Assembly (NCBI RefSeq): GCF_009914755.1
Contig: NC_060928.1
Length of the DNA: 64,000 bases
From: the human T2T-CHM13v2.0 reference genome, Homo sapiens
Reading direction: 5' to 3' (one strand)
Shown here one piece after another: positions 18,943-33,765 of this stretch. Position numbers and translations under genes: made by a program. The notes below the pieces were generated by a model. It did no database searches and was not told the origin of the DNA. It saw only the letters and a program-made list of their open reading frames with translations. Position 1 is the first letter of the stretch, and each line of letters opens with the position of its first letter.

Positions 18943-19598
18943 ATGGTGACATCTAATTCACATCTTCTTGAATACTGTATATCCTGAAACAATTTACATT
19001 AAAAGATAGCTATGGTCTTAGAGCACCTCTCTCTTTTTATCCTGTGGGATGATATCAGTAAAGAGTTACTCAAAACAGGAATGATATCTTTTCGTGCAAA
19101 AGAAAAATGAGAAACTTAATGTGGCTTATAAGACTTTTGCTCCGTGCTTTTCTGAGTTGTAATTGAAGTCTCAAGTAGGAAGTGACAAACTTAACAACAA
19201 CTCTCAATGAGTACTTTGCACAATTACTTTACTTGTAAATGTGAAAGGAGGTTATATCTGTTCCCTAAAGTACAAAAAATGATAAAGGGGTGGAGAGGTC
19301 TGTACCGAATTCTGGTTTCCATTCTCTTATTATCAAGGCAAAAGGAGAAAGACATAGAGATTTGACTTTATAATAGCCTAGACTTGTTCAGTTGTGGATT
19401 CTGTTCATCTGCCAAACCTTTAATGAGTGCCTCAGTGCTGGCCACTATGCTGGGGACAATCCTCCTGACTCCCCTGACTCCCTGCCAATCAAAGACTGCT
19501 ATGGCTTAGAATGATGCATTTGCATGTAGTTGCCTTACTGGGTAATGAGATGACCAATGTCATTATTAACTGGCTTTGTTAGAAAAATTCCCCCAACT

Positions 19599-20192
19599 AG
19601 TGTAAATTAGTTCAACCATTGTGGAAGACTGTGGCGATTCCTCAAGGATCTAGAACTAGAAATACCATTTGACACAGCCATCCCATTACTGGGTATATAC
19701 CTAAAGGATTATAAATCATTCTACTATAAAGACACATACACATGTATATGTATTGCAGCACTATTCACAATAGCAAAGACTTGGAACCAACCCAAATGTC
19801 CATCAATAATACACTGGATAAAGAAAACGTGGCACATATACACCATGGAATACTATGCAGCCATAAAAAAGGATGAGTTCATGTCCTTTGTGGGGAATGA
19901 AGCTGGAAACCGTCATTCTCAGCAAACTATCATGAGAACAGTAAACCAAACATTGCATGTTCTCACTCATAGCTGGGAATTGAACAATGAGAACACACGG
20001 ACATAGGAAGGGGAACATCACACACCAGGGCATGTCGGAGGGTGGGGGGCTAGGGGAGGGATAATATTAGCAGAAATACCTAATGTAGGTGATGAGTTGA
20101 TGGGTGCAGCAAACCACCATGGCACGTGTATACCTATGTGACAAAAATGCACACTCTGCACATGTATCCCAGAACTTAAAGTATAATTAAAA
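19599..20192 (+). mobile_element. 5'-truncated L1PA (about PA7/8) 3' end
   Basis: L1 3' sequence with A-tail. TSD aaaaa(t/a)tcccccaact at 19583-19598 and 20193-20208. Confidence 0.95.
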
Positions 20193-21499
20193 AAAAAATC
20201 CCCCAACTGATAACTGCTATAGTTAACATCTAATAACTACTGAGCACATATTTGGTGCCAGACACAGAGCCAAGCCCTTTACTGACATTATGACTTTTTC
20301 ATTTTTACATTATCTTATTAAGTAGCTTTGATTGCTGATGTTTTAGCAGTATGAATGCTAAGGTTAAGAAGGTTAAGTACTCAGCCTAGGGTCTCAGAGC
20401 CGCTGGGTGGCAAAATGGAGATTAGATCCCATCATACCAAATCCAGGGCCCCTCCTATCATATTTCTTCTGCCTTTCAGGTTTAAGCAAATTAAGTGGAA
20501 AACTCCCATTACCCTTTATCGTAGAATCAGATGGTCTCTCTACTGTACCTCTCAGTATGCTATTGCTATTATTCAAAATGTGTTCATTCCCTAACCATTT
20601 CTATTTTCTAGAGATTTCCCAGGTAGCTAATCAATTTAGAAAAGTAACTGCAACAGCCTAGTTTTAAATTTGATTTTCATTCAAACTTTATTAATTTAGC
20701 CATTAGTTTTCATTTAAAAGGAAAGGCATTTTACCAACATGCATATCATATATAATCATTACAACTAATTTCCCAAATTATAATCAACGTTCATTGCAAT
20801 TACTGGTATTTTACATAAATATTATAAAAGCAATGTTATGCATGGTTCCATATCATTAACACCATACTAAATTTACATATAAAATTGGATATAATGTGCC
20901 CTAGGAAATTGGTGGTATATTTCTGACACATAAGTAATTTCAAGTAATGGAGTCACTAATAGTTTTTGCCTTACTCATCCTCTGGAAGCCAGCTATAAAA
21001 GTTTATATTAGGTGAACTATATTAGGTAAAACCTTTGGCTTCTATATTATAGATAAATTAAGACTGTGCTGGAATTAAACTTGTTTCTAAAGTGAAGCAA
21101 ACACAAACACAACATTATCATGAAATGACCAAAGTTACTATCATGGAGTGACCTAAGCTGCCATTAGCAAAAGAAACATTGTGGAGACTGGTACCCAGGA
21201 TAGTCTTCCCCCAACCATCTCCTCTCCCTCCACTAACTGCTTCTACACCCAGGATAAACCTGCCTGCCCCATCTTGACTTAGTTCATTCCCTCACCTTAG
21301 TTCATTCCTTCTCCACTCTCAGCTTTTATTTTTCTCTTCTCGGTGCTATTTCTCACTTAAGTTATGGGAGATGACCTTTTGGGATTCCTGGCCCAGAATC
21401 TTCGCAGTTGTGGTACCCAGTCTGCATGAGCATGGAGTATGTGTGAGGAGGCTCTTGCCTGCCCTGTTCATCCTGCCCCTGTGGTGACTGGCTGGATGA

Positions 21500-22190
21500 C
21501 ATTGCAGAAAGCTGCACCCTATTTTTTTCATCTTGACTCCACAAAGCCATTTCACCCAGATAGCTGCCTACGCCCATATGAACTTTTCTTTTAAACATGA
21601 CAGTTCTGTTGGAATACAATTCTACCAATTTTGTTTTAATTTCTTTTGAATTTGTTTCATGCTTCATCTCCAATACCTTTACTGGAGTTCAGGCTTTTAT
21701 CAGACCCTGTCTGCACTCTTGCAATACTTAGCTGCTAATTACACTCCATGTTTCCAGGAATATAGCTCTGATAAATTCACATCCCTGCCAAAAATTCTAC
21801 AAAGGCTCCTCATCTCCTACAAGATAGTCCAATCTCCTGCCTAAGACATGTCAACTTCTGGCCTCTATCTCCTTCCCCAACCTTCGCTCTTGGCTCTCCA
21901 ATTGTGTATTCTATCTTCTTGATGATTTACACGTTTCCCTTGGTTCCCAGGCCTGATATACTCTGTCCAGCCTCTGCCCCACTCTCCATTGCTTCCCATC
22001 CCATTCCAAGCCTTTGTTCTCTTAAGGAGCTCCTGACTGTCCTTTAGACAGTCCATCAGTTGCACTGAGCAGGCTTCCCTGCTACAGCCCCTTTTGTGCC
22101 AGTACCATTTCCTTGCTGGCCTCATTCATCATCTGCTTCCCTTTATCAGAGCTCTCATCAAAATTTCTGCTCATATTTAAGATGCATCCT
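21500..22190 (+). mobile_element. L2 fragments
   Basis: C/T-rich degenerate L2 3' region (aggctcctcatctcctacaagatagtccaatctcct). Confidence 0.55.
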
Positions 22191-22505
22191 TCCTCACTTC
22201 CAAAAATAAATGCACCTTCCAAATTATATATATATATATATTCCATAAGTAAATATAAATGTATATATGGAAAAGAGAAACTGGAATCACAAAGCAAAAT
22301 ATGTATAATGCTACTTCTGAGACCAAGCACAACCCAATCAGAATGTAACAAATAAATGAGGTATACATTTCTCACATATTTTCCCTAACAAAAATAAAAG
22401 CCTTCACAGCTGATCAGAGTTCATGTTGGGTTTATTCTCCTAATGTTTAAATCAATATACTACAATTTATGATCTGCTATTTACCATTTGAATCATATGA
22501 ATTAC

Positions 22506-22518
22506 GTGTGTGTGTGTA

Positions 22519-22555
<37 letters not shown>
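22506..22555. repeat. Compound (TG)n(TA)n microsatellite
   Basis: Directly visible. Confidence 0.95.
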
Positions 22556-22648
22556 GAAATACATATATAAGCTATGTAAATATCTAGGACATTTTATTTT
22601 ACTAGGTGTTTATACACAGTAGTTCATGAAGGAAATTAAATACTTTCT

Positions 22649-22811
22649 AGCTGGGCGTGGTGGCACGGGCCTGTAATCCCAGCTACTCAGGAGGCTGAGA
22701 CAGGAGAATCACTTGAACCTGGGAGGCAGAGGTTGCAGTGAGCTGAGATTGTGCCACTGCACTCCAGCCTTTATGACAGAGCGAGACTCTCTCTCAAAAA
22801 AAAAAAAAAAA
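22649..22811 (+). mobile_element. 5'-truncated AluS (right arm only)
   Basis: Right monomer plus poly(A). TSD aaatac(t/g)ttct at 22638-22648 and 22809-22819. Confidence 0.9.
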
Positions 22812-23300
22812 TACGTTCTCTACAGATCACTTAAAGTTTGTAATTTAAAAAGAGATTTCCTCGTAGAATTGTCAGGCTGGTGAATGTAGTCTTTTTCTAC
22901 ATTTAATTTCTTGCCTGTGTGCCCCACTTACTGAGACTTCCATAACAGGACTTTTGACTTTATCATCTTTGTATTTCCAAGGTCTACCACAGCAACTGGC
23001 CCATAAGGAGGTGTCAGTAACTGTTAGTTAACTCATTTGCCTTCCAGGACTTTTCACATGTAATTGAAGAAGTGGACTCTCCTTGTATGAGCCGATATAA
23101 AGCATTAGAAAATAAACTGAATGTGGCTTGCAATTTGTACATCTTTTGAAAGATAATTTTTGGCAATTACATGAGAGAAAGGGAGTGTCCTTGGGCTTTC
23201 TTTCCCCTGAGCAAAAATAATCATCACCAAACTCACATTTTCCCCCTAAAAAGACTAAACTCTAAATAGTCAAATGATATGAAAATAATCCAGGGCTTAC

Positions 23301-23371
23301 CTCGAAACTCACAGCTCCATTGTGGTCTGTATCAAATGCATTGAACAGAAAATGTGCATATGTTGTAGAGT
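23301..23371 (-). CDS. KCNIP4: KCNIP4 exon (D)[23 protein letters not shown] (EF-hand 2 loop)
   Basis: 71 nt, acceptor tttttaccatttcag, donor gtaagc, phase 1-0. Completes the GAC codon begun in the upstream exon. Confidence 0.97.
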
Positions 23372-25534
23372 CTGAAATGGTAAAAAGGGAGTATCATTAA
23401 GTCAGTGTTTCCATATCCTACATAAGACTTGGATAGCAGTCCAAGCTTCCTTTGATCCAGAAGAATTAACTCTGCCTCCTTTAGTTTGTGCTTTCTTCAC
23501 AACTGCTTACCCTCTTTCTGTAGAGGACTAGAGTTTGAGATTCACAGGAAGAAGCAACCTACATAGAGGCCATTGGTGACAAACATTCTCTATGAGTTTC
23601 TGGCTGGCAATGCTGTAGTCTTGGGTGATGAGATTAACACTGGGACAAGAAATGGTCCCATAGGTGGATGTGAAGATTGAGACTTGTCTGGAATTTGCTT
23701 AGTGTTTGGAAGAGACCATCTCTAGAAGTAAAGTACTAAAAATACTACCAATGAGACAGAGATGAGTTGCTATTATTAGTGTCTCTGTCATTATTAGAAC
23801 TTTCATCATTGTTACAACTCAGAAAATGATATTGGGAATTAGAGAAGGTGAAAAACATACCCAAAGTCACACAGTGAAGAAGGAGTAAATCTGGGACATG
23901 AACTTAGGTCTTTCTGACTCTGAGAACCAGGCTAGCCCTCAGCCAGTACCAGGCTAGCCCACAGGCAGTAAAGTTGGCTGATGGATTGGGGTCATTGGTG
24001 ACTTGGGAAGTTTCTGTGGCTGTGTTGGAAGGGGACTGGGTGGTCCTACATGTTCCTAGTTGTATGAAGTTGCATGAAGTAGGGAGCCCCTACTCTGTCT
24101 GGGTCCTGGGTGGGATTCAAGGATCTGGGTAATGATGGACAGGTATGTCTTCTGAAGTCTAACAGGTGTTCTTAGTTTGCTTCTATTGGGTATTCTTCCC
24201 CTCTCATTTTTCCTTCCTTCCTTTCCTGTTTCTCCGTTGTCTCCTTAATCTCTGGGCTTTCTGCCATTTCATTTAAAAGTCTGTATTTTTTCCTTATTGT
24301 TTTCTGTTCTGAGTGCCTAGCTTTCATTCCTTAGGGTTTCTTTGCTTGACCCTTGATAAAATTTACATTATTATTTTCAGTGTTGCATCTCATGGGCTTT
24401 AGCCTTTTATCTTAACCTTTTTTGTCTTTTCAAAATAAAATGGTAACCTTTTAGCTCATTGGCTCTAGCCTTTTATCTTCTGTTTTAAATCTCATCTATT
24501 TCTATTTTATAACTTTTAACCTTTATTGGGTTTTAACTTATCATTGATTTAATTTTTACTTTATGAATTGCTTTTTATAGGCTGTCAAGAAGCTAAGTCA
24601 TAGTAACAGGAGTACAGAATTGCCCTCTGAGGAGGCCATCTAAATTTCTCTCCTGGCTCTCAGGGCTCACGGCCTCCTTACAGGTTGTTTTTCCCGAATG
24701 CTTCAGTGTAGTAATTAACACTACTGAAGGCTATACATTTCATGAGGTAGACTGTACACTCAATTTCTCAAAATGACAGTGGCATCTTCGCTCATCTCTC
24801 ACCTTTTTAATATGCTATGAAGAACTACTTATCTTTGAACACAGGAATTACCAGCACCGTTTTCAGTTAACTAACCAAGAACCAAAATTGGGTCTAAATA
24901 ACATGTAACACTGTGACATCTAGAGTGGATATCCATCCAGTATTGATACATTGCAGGAAGAAATTCTTTTGCATATGGAGCCAGGAGTTTAATTACCATA
25001 AACTTAGTTCTGTTGTTGGGAAGCTCCATTATAGAGTTATCAAGAATTGGCAGCCTATTTCAACTTGCAAAGTTGTTTTACTCTCAGCAGTACTTTTTCA
25101 TGTACTTCTTGAACTATGTAGTGCCCTCTGGAGATGTGAATTGATCGATGGTGTGTTGAACTGATTTTCAGAGGAGGAAAAAAAAAAGAGATTTTGCATA
25201 TTTTATAATGAGCTTCATTAAGCAAGTCTCTAGTTACCCTGTTTTCACAATCAGAGTAAATGCCTTTACCTTAGCAAGCAGTACTCACCATAAATAATGG
25301 CTCAAAACAACGATGTTTGCTATTTTTTTAATCAAAAAGAAAAAAGATAACATGGGTATATGATAATTACTATTCTTCTCAAATGGAGTTTTTCTAGCTT
25401 AAAGCTTGATATGTGGGAATTATGCTTTCAAGGTTTACACTAATGTGGTACAGAGGACATCCTGTTCTTCTAAATGTGCCTCTGCAGTTCTTTTAGAAGT
25501 TACAGTGGCTTCCCAGTCTAGACAATCTATGCAC

Positions 25535-26105
<571 letters not shown>

Positions 26106-26204
26106 TAGGCAAGCCACTTTTATTTCAACTACCTTAAACACATGTGATCAAATCTTTTACAAACGTAACATCTTTTCACCTTAAATAACTTGCTGTTTTT
26201 GTAG

Positions 26205-26545
26205 GATTTCTGTTGTGTGTCTAGGTGACGAGTTCTAATTTAATGCAATTTTCTGCTCAATAAAAGACAAGATAATTATGTCCTAAAAATCAATGGTCCT
26301 TCTGATGGAGTTTGGATTTCTTCTGGCAAGCACTTGAAGACAGTGGAAAGTTTTAAAGAAGAGGAGTGAAGCCACTGGCTTTGACTGGGTGAGAGAAAGA
26401 AGCAAAGGCAAAGGAATGTCCAGCTAGGCAGAAAACTGGATAAAATGACGAAAAGAGAAACTGTCTACAAAAGCATCTATGGTTCTGGTTTTACTCAACT
26501 GTGTTCTTAAGCACTCAATAAATATTTGTTAAAAGAGTGATTAAC
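26205..26545 (+). other. PACRGL: Candidate alternative distal terminal exon of PACRGL (DFCCVSR* if entered in phase 0)
   Basis: Acceptor ttgctgtttttgtag (AG 26203-26204), TGA at 26226-26228, AATAAA at 26259-26264 and 26517-26522. Assignment to PACRGL is inferred. Confidence 0.4.
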
Positions 26546-29087
26546 TGACTTCTTGGAATCTAGATTTCAGTACAGTCCAGGGCTTAAAAGATATAACAAT
26601 GATCTCCCTTCTCCGTCTATGACCTCTTCGTGATCACATTCCTTTATATAACAAAAATAGTTACTGAGTTTGTTAAGCTGGGATTGCCTCAGTTTCTTAT
26701 AATTTTACTTGTGAAGCTGAAAAATAAATGTTGAGATTTTATAGTTGAGCAACAAAATTTACAGATTCTTAGGGTGGGAAGACATTTTGGATACTATTTA
26801 GCATTGTATTTACATTGAACAAAGGTAAAAATAGGGACTTGTAGTGACATACTGAGGTCACCTAGTTAGTTCATGGTAAAGTTGGCAATGGAATCAAGAT
26901 ATTCCTATACCATCTCTTAGAAATCGAGGATACTAGAGTAGAAAAAACCCCTAGGATTCCTTTGGTGTGACTCCTGCATTTTATAGAGGAACAACTTGAG
27001 GCTAAGAAAAGTAAACTACTCGAGGTTACATACCTTGGTGGTGGCAGTCTATCCACAAACTCTGAACTTAGTCCAAAGTTCTTAACCCAATTATATCGAG
27101 AACACAGTGAATATAGCAAGTAACCCTAGAGTTCGTTCTTCATAGTATTTGAACAAACACACTTGATTATCATGCCCCAGGTTTGTAGAATGAAATCAAT
27201 CTGGTTTATTTCTTTTTCCTTTCCCACACCCCTACTCCCATTGAATTCAAGCACGAAGAATAGAATCACCTTCATGTATTTGAATATACAATTCATGACA
27301 TCGTTACTATGGTAAGACAAGTTCATATGTGTGAATAGTAGCTTCTGTCAATAAGCCCTCTGTAAATCACCCTGAAAATTGTTAGAAATACTGTCCTAGG
27401 ACAAGAAGGATACTCAGTGGGTGAAGTCTTTTTTAAATTTTATTTTAATCTTTATGTCTACAGAACTCATCTGACTCAAGTGACTTGCATACAGCGGCTG
27501 CTTAAAAAATGTTTATTGACAGATTATTCTGACTTGAGCTCATTTGTTCATTCATTCATTCATTCATTCATTCAACAACTGTTTATTATATGCCTAGTGT
27601 AGACAACATAAGTGCATTCCTACAACATGAGCAGGAATAGCCCAGGAAACTATGATTTTTATGGGCTTTAAAAATGTTTAGTGAACTAAAAGCTTACACA
27701 CTAAAGCTTCTGTTGTATGTGGAGTTTAAGAAGTTTTTGTGTAACCATATAGGCAATAGCACCAACAAACCGTTTCCTCTCTGCTTGCCTTACAGTAGGC
27801 ATACTTTATCCCCTGCCAACAAGAGGCTTTTGTTCAATCCAGTTTTTTCTGACATCCAGCTCACCAAACAAGTTGGGTTTGATAAACTGTTTCACAAAGC
27901 AATAGAGAAAGCTAACAGCCTGACACAATACAAATTGCAGAGAGTTCTGTAGATAAGACAAAACACTTTCCTGGAGGAAATGGTGAGATGTTGTGATTTA
28001 TGGACCCATCAATGTTACTGTTCATAATGAGAAAAACTGTTGCATTCAGACCATCATCCTGAATAAAGGATGACTCCGTGGAAGTGTAAGGATGGCCATC
28101 ACATGAATTCGCCTGCCATCAGAGATCACATTCTTCCTTAGGACATTTTTCCTTTTCTGGCCTTATGTAAGAAACAATTTGTATGTATGATATTAATTTT
28201 TAAAAATGCAAAGCAAATCATAATTCTTTAAAATATTTCATTTCCTTCAGCGATGCCTCATGTGGTCAGATTTCTGCATTCAATTAACATGAATAATGAA
28301 ATAATTGTTAAGAGTGTAACAGTAATTTTTTCTCAAATCCCTAATCCCTTTGGATTTTGTGATAGGAATCCTTTGCAAAATAGATGTGCTCTGTTTAAGA
28401 AGATGTTCTCTAATGCAGAAATGTTATTTTTCAAATAAAGATATAATTTTAATGTGGAGCTCTATCCAAGTTTTAGTATGTAATAACTTGATTTGAAATG
28501 ATCGAAAAATAACTTAAAGATTTTCATCTGCATTGGTGCTTTGATATTAATGCCTATTAAGATGTTGGTAGGCACTCAGATAGTAAATATAATTTTTCTT
28601 TAAAAAATCCATGGGTTTTAAACAATTTAGAAAAACATGAGGTAGTTAATTAATTCCCCAAATTAATCTCTCATTAATGCAGACAGTGAACTCATTATAA
28701 TCCTGGCATCAGGTACTATTACCAATACCTGTCTGTGGTTTGTTAGAAGGGCCCTCCCCTCTGCACTGTAGTAATGAGATGGGGTGGGAGAGTTGTCATC
28801 CAAAGTATATCCAAATTCACTTAATAACAGTCTTCCTGTGTTTTCTTAGAATTCTAATTTAATTCTTTTAAAAGTCCACCGAAAACAAAAATTTGTTTTG
28901 ACATGTTAGGCACAAAATTGTTTTAAATCCACTAAACTAGCTAAAACCAAATGGATTAAAACCCCAAAGGAAATCTGACTTTTGTATGAAACAACTAATA
29001 CTTAAGTGCTGTACACTTTTCAAAGAGCCTTTTACAGATATTATTCCACTGTACAGTGATAGCCAGCCACCATGTGAGGTGGGTGTC

Positions 29088-29810
29088 ATTCATTCATTCA
29101 TGCAAAAAGCATTTATCAAGTGCTATTACTTGTCAGCCACTGTCCCATGACCTGTGGATACAACAGTAAACAAAGTGGAGAAATCCTCTGTTCCCCTGGA
29201 GCTGACATTCTAGTGGAGAGAAAGAAACAACAGTGGTACAAGTGAAATATATATTATTGGATTGTCTCGAGTGCCGAAAAGAGACATAAAGCAGGGGAAG
29301 GGGATGGGGAATGTTTAAGGTGTTGCAATTTAAGATAGAGTGGTCAGGGCAAGTCTCACTGAGAAGGTGGCATTGGCGTAAATGCAAAGGTGATGAGATA
29401 TTGAGATAGATATTTGGGAGAAGATAATTTCAGGCAGAGGGAACAGCAGGTTCAAAGGCCCAGGAGCAGCATCATGGCTGGTGTGCTGGTGGGATGGCAA
29501 GGGGGCCACTGTGGCTGGGTGGGGTAAGTTGGGTGGGAGAATGGTAGAGGATAAGGCAGAGAAGGGACAAGAGACAGTAGCCACCATTTGTAGGCCACTC
29601 TGTAGGTTGTGGCTTATGTTCTATGGAATGGTATGGTTTCGAACAGGCAGTAACATGATTTGCTTGCATTTTAACGGGATCACTCTGACTCATTTTAAGA
29701 GTAGACCATGGTTAGGGGAGGGGTCATCAGAATCAGAGAAGTCAGTTTGGAGACTACTGTGTTTATTTTGGCAGGAGATAACGGTGGCTCCTTTAAGTGG
29801 AAAGTAGTAA
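29088..29810 (-). mobile_element. L2a 3' portion
   Basis: (cattca)n tail, then aagcatttatcaagtgct...cctggagctgacattctagtgg. Confidence 0.8.
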
Positions 29811-29929
29811 AAAAAAAAAAAGTGTTGGCAAGGTCAATGGCAAAGTCAACTCTGGCCATAATAACAGAGAGAAACAGTTGTCCCCTATATTGAGTAGATG
29901 TCAAAGTTGAAAGGAAGTACTAGATGGTT

Positions 29930-31290
29930 CCCTCTTGTCTTGAGATAAAACCTTCTTCCTGAACTCCCGATTCATGGACTCCACTATCCCATCGCATCAC
30001 TATCTTTTTCCTCCAATTCTGAATCCTATTTATCTCTTTTCTTTTCTATCCTAAAGCTATTAACATCTCCTTCTTTACCAGTCTTCCCTGTGTATAAACA
30101 ATGTCCAGTCTTTTCTACATTAAAAGATAAAGTCTTCCACTGGTATCTACCCAGCACTATGATCAGTTTCCTCATCACTTCACTCTTCCAGCAAAGCTTT
30201 TTGTAAGTGCTGTCTCTATTGGTTGTCGCTGTTTTCTTCTCATCGTCCTTTTCACCCTCTGCAATTTGGCTTCTGCTTGTGCGCTCCACTCCCTAGTAGT
30301 TCATCCAGGGCACTTGGGCTGTCCTGATCATGCCCAACAATGACTCCCATGTTGCCACATCCCAAAGAGACCTTCTGATCCTTACCTTACTGGACTTCAT
30401 CATTTCATTTCTGAACTATCAATCTCTCTTGTGTTTATTTCCATAAACTGTTCATTCTCTGTCTCCTTTGTTGATCCCTTTTCCTTATGGTTCTTGACAT
30501 GTGTTCTGGAGTTTCATGCTGGCCTCATGGAGCTTGCAACCTTTTATAATTCCCCCAGTAACCTCATCTACATCATGGATTTAACCACTACTTCTTGATT
30601 AATAATTCTCAAATCTCTATCTCTTTCTCTGACTTGTCCTCTGAGCCTCACATTTGTGCCAACTTCTTGTTGAGTCTAAATCCCCACAGGCACCTCAGAT
30701 GTAATTTGTCCAAAACTGAGATCATTATCGCCCTATTCCTCCTGTAAAGAGTCACCTGGTGTCCATGATGGAATCCTGGAAGGTATCACAAACTCCTCTC
30801 TTCATCTCTTTATGCCACAAAAAGTTAGTTCATCACTAAATTCTTCCATTTTTGTCATCTAAATATGTCTGTAATCTGTCCCCACTTCTCATTTTCTCCT
30901 ATGCATATACTTATTTAAAGACCTTATTGTTTTGCCTCCTACAGCAGTAATCTTCTAATTAGTCTCCCTGCCTGCAGTATTGCTGACCTCAAGTTAATCT
31001 TCCACTGACCTATCAGTGAAATGTATCCCAAACACAAATCAAATCTGACTGTAAAAGATCCCACTTAAACTTATCAGTGGCTTTGCATCACCTCAAGGAT
31101 AAAGTCCCATTTCTTCATATGGCATCCTTGACTCTCTAGGACATTTCACCCTCCATTGTACACTCTCTACCCTAGCCACACCCAAATCCTGGCAATTTCC
31201 TGCAAATGCCCATCTTCAGTTCTATGCTCTGACCCTTTGTTTACACCCCATTTGCCTAAAATGTCATGTCCCTACTGCCTTTTAAAGCGG
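29930..31290 (+). mobile_element. L2 fragment
   Basis: Degenerate pyrimidine-rich L2 ORF2/3' sequence (tccccacaggcacctcagatgtaatttgtccaaaactgag). Confidence 0.65.
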
Positions 31291-32456
31291 GAAGACATCA
31301 TACTCAGAAGTGAACTTCTCCTGAGAGGTATAATGGGAGAGCGAAAGACTATACACTTTGGAAATGGATCAAACTCTCTGCACCTTAGTTTCCACGTGTG
31401 TATCTTTAAAAAAATGAGGATTATAGGTAGGGTTGTTGGATGGTGAGGCATGCCAGGGACAGGCACATATTAGATGCTTTCTGAATGGCAACAACTTCAG
31501 CTCAGGTTCAACTCATCTGGAGAGTCTCTTTTTATGTCCTCTCTGTCCTGCAGCTAATTTAATCATGCCAGCACTGTGCTCTCAGAATATTATTTTTTAA
31601 CTCCCATAATCACAGTTATACTTGAGGTTGACATTGTCCATCTGCTACACTAGGTATAACATTCTTTTGGGCAGAGATTACATCCTATTCCTCTTAATTC
31701 CCCCTACGTGATCAGCACCTCATGCATGGCTAGGCACACCATAGGCTGTGGGACAAATATAAGTTGGGCATCTGTTAGGTAATTGAAAGAAAAACTATAA
31801 GGTCCAATGGCAAGAATATCTTTTCACTCATCTCTAACATGCATGTATTATCATTACGCTATCCTTGTGTTTTCTTTCCAATTAAAATAATATCTAGGAT
31901 GGTTTTAATTTTCTCAGATGAGGGAGCACAGTAAAGAATTACTGAAAGAAAGAGGAACAGCAGAAAATATACAAGGGGAGGCTGCAGAAAATCTAGGTTA
32001 TAACCCAGATCTGCCACTGAGTCAATATGTGGCCCTGAGCAAACCATTTACCTTCTCCAATCCCCAGATTTCATATCTATAAATTGAGGATAATTACATT
32101 TGTCCTAATTTTCAGAGTTGGGAGAATCAAGTGAGACCTACAATGCATGTGAATGAGCTTTGTGGCATTTTTGAGCACCCTCATAATAGTCAGAAAACAT
32201 TGTGCATTTGAGAGCCACAGTACTGGGCACACAGTAATAGTTGTATTAAAATAAAGAGCAGCCTCTTGGATATTTGATAATTTCTAAGTCGCTGGCTTTT
32301 ATGGTACATTAAAAATTATATACACTTGCATGCTGTGCATTAATTCTTTTACATAACGATTAAAAATGTAGCATCATGCTATGAAAAATTAAACTCAACA
32401 CTGCAAGCATAATTGTAACTCTGATAGTATGTTAACAAGTCCACATTTGTACTTAC

Positions 32457-32526
32457 CTCCCTGTGGAAAGAACTGCGAGTAAATCTCTTTGAAGGTTTCT
32501 TCATTAACAACACCACTGGGGCATTC
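32457..32526 (-). CDS. KCNIP4: KCNIP4 exon [23 protein letters not shown] (non-Ca-binding EF-hand 1, CPxG)
   Basis: 70 nt, acceptor ccactttccctag, donor gtaagt, phase 0-1. I found no further upstream KCNIP4 exon in 32527-64000. Confidence 0.97.
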
Positions 32527-33504
32527 CTAGGGAAAGTGGCAGAGAAGCAATATGAGCAAAGTGTTCATAAAACTGAATTTTTTTTGCACATTTTGAAACA
32601 GAACTGTCTACCATGCAAAGCTGCACCAAGAAAATTAACCATTCATCCATTATTACGAAGGGAATAAAAGCACACTATAAACTTATGTTTGTTCCGGTTC
32701 TCACAAGAAAAAAAAACGTAGATGTAAATATCTTTGCATATTGAGTATCAAAGTAGGTGTAATGTATTCAGAAACACAGTGCTGCTTTTAAGAACACATA
32801 TGTTTATTATAAAGTAAAAGGAAATTGCATTATTTTTCACACAGCAAGCATGTTGCAAGATGTTTATAATATAGTCTTTGGTGAATCTTGGTTTTGTCCT
32901 TTCAAGGTTTTCTGAACTCACATAATCTTCGATTCAATGGCAGAATTACTCTATTGGCATCTCTAGTGGCTCAAGAAGCTTCAACCAGTAATAGATACTA
33001 ATGCTTGTTAACAGGATGTCTAGGCATACCCAAGACATGGTTTTGTAACAAGTGACCTTGGGTGAGATAGAACCCCATATTTTTGAACTTCCGGAAAGGA
33101 GAGTCTGCAAAGAAATGGCCTGGCCTGGGCTTAATAGATCCCCACCTTTGTCCCTGGGTCAACTTGTCAAAGAATGATGGACATTGATCTTGGGAACTAC
33201 ACCCATGTTGGACAACTGACCTGGAGGGGCCACAGGGCAAGGTTAGCCCTCTGAGAGTGGTTTTGGCATTTTTGCTAATAAAAAAAAAGAAAAAAAGAAA
33301 CTTTAAAGTGTCAGAAGGGGGCTGCCTTGGTGCAGAATATAAGGTTTGAGCAAGCAAATTGTCCCCCAATCTCTGGAAATTCCTCCATTTTTTGGAGTTA
33401 TAAGAACCAGTGTGGTTAAGAATTTAGGCGTAGAGGCCCCTTGAGTGGTGGAGACTGACAATCACATGATAGCCCAGAATTGAATCATGTGAGATATTAA
33501 CTGT

Positions 33505-33765
33505 ATGGTGATCCCTTGTTATCCGTGGGGCATTGCTTCCAGGACCACCGCGGATACCAAAATCCATGCACATTCAAGTCCCACACTTGGCACTGCAGAA
33601 CCTGCAGATAAGAGAAGTTGGTCCTTCCTATCCTGTATCTTTGATCTGCATTTGGCAGTGGATGCTGAAGCTGCAAATTCAGAGGGGCGACTATATTTAT
33701 TGACAAAAATCCACATATAAGTGGACCCACACACTTCCAACTAGTGTTGTTCAAGAGTCAACTGC
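33505..33765 (+). mobile_element. TcMar-Tigger MITE (MER2B/MER8-like)
   Basis: ttccaggaccaccgcggataccaaaatcc ... gtgttgttcaagagtcaactg terminus. Confidence 0.75.

Noticed and set aside
21278-23960. Short direct repeats cttagttcattcc (21278-21308) and accaggctagccc (23926-23960)
   Set aside because: 13-bp microduplications of a kind common throughout the genome.
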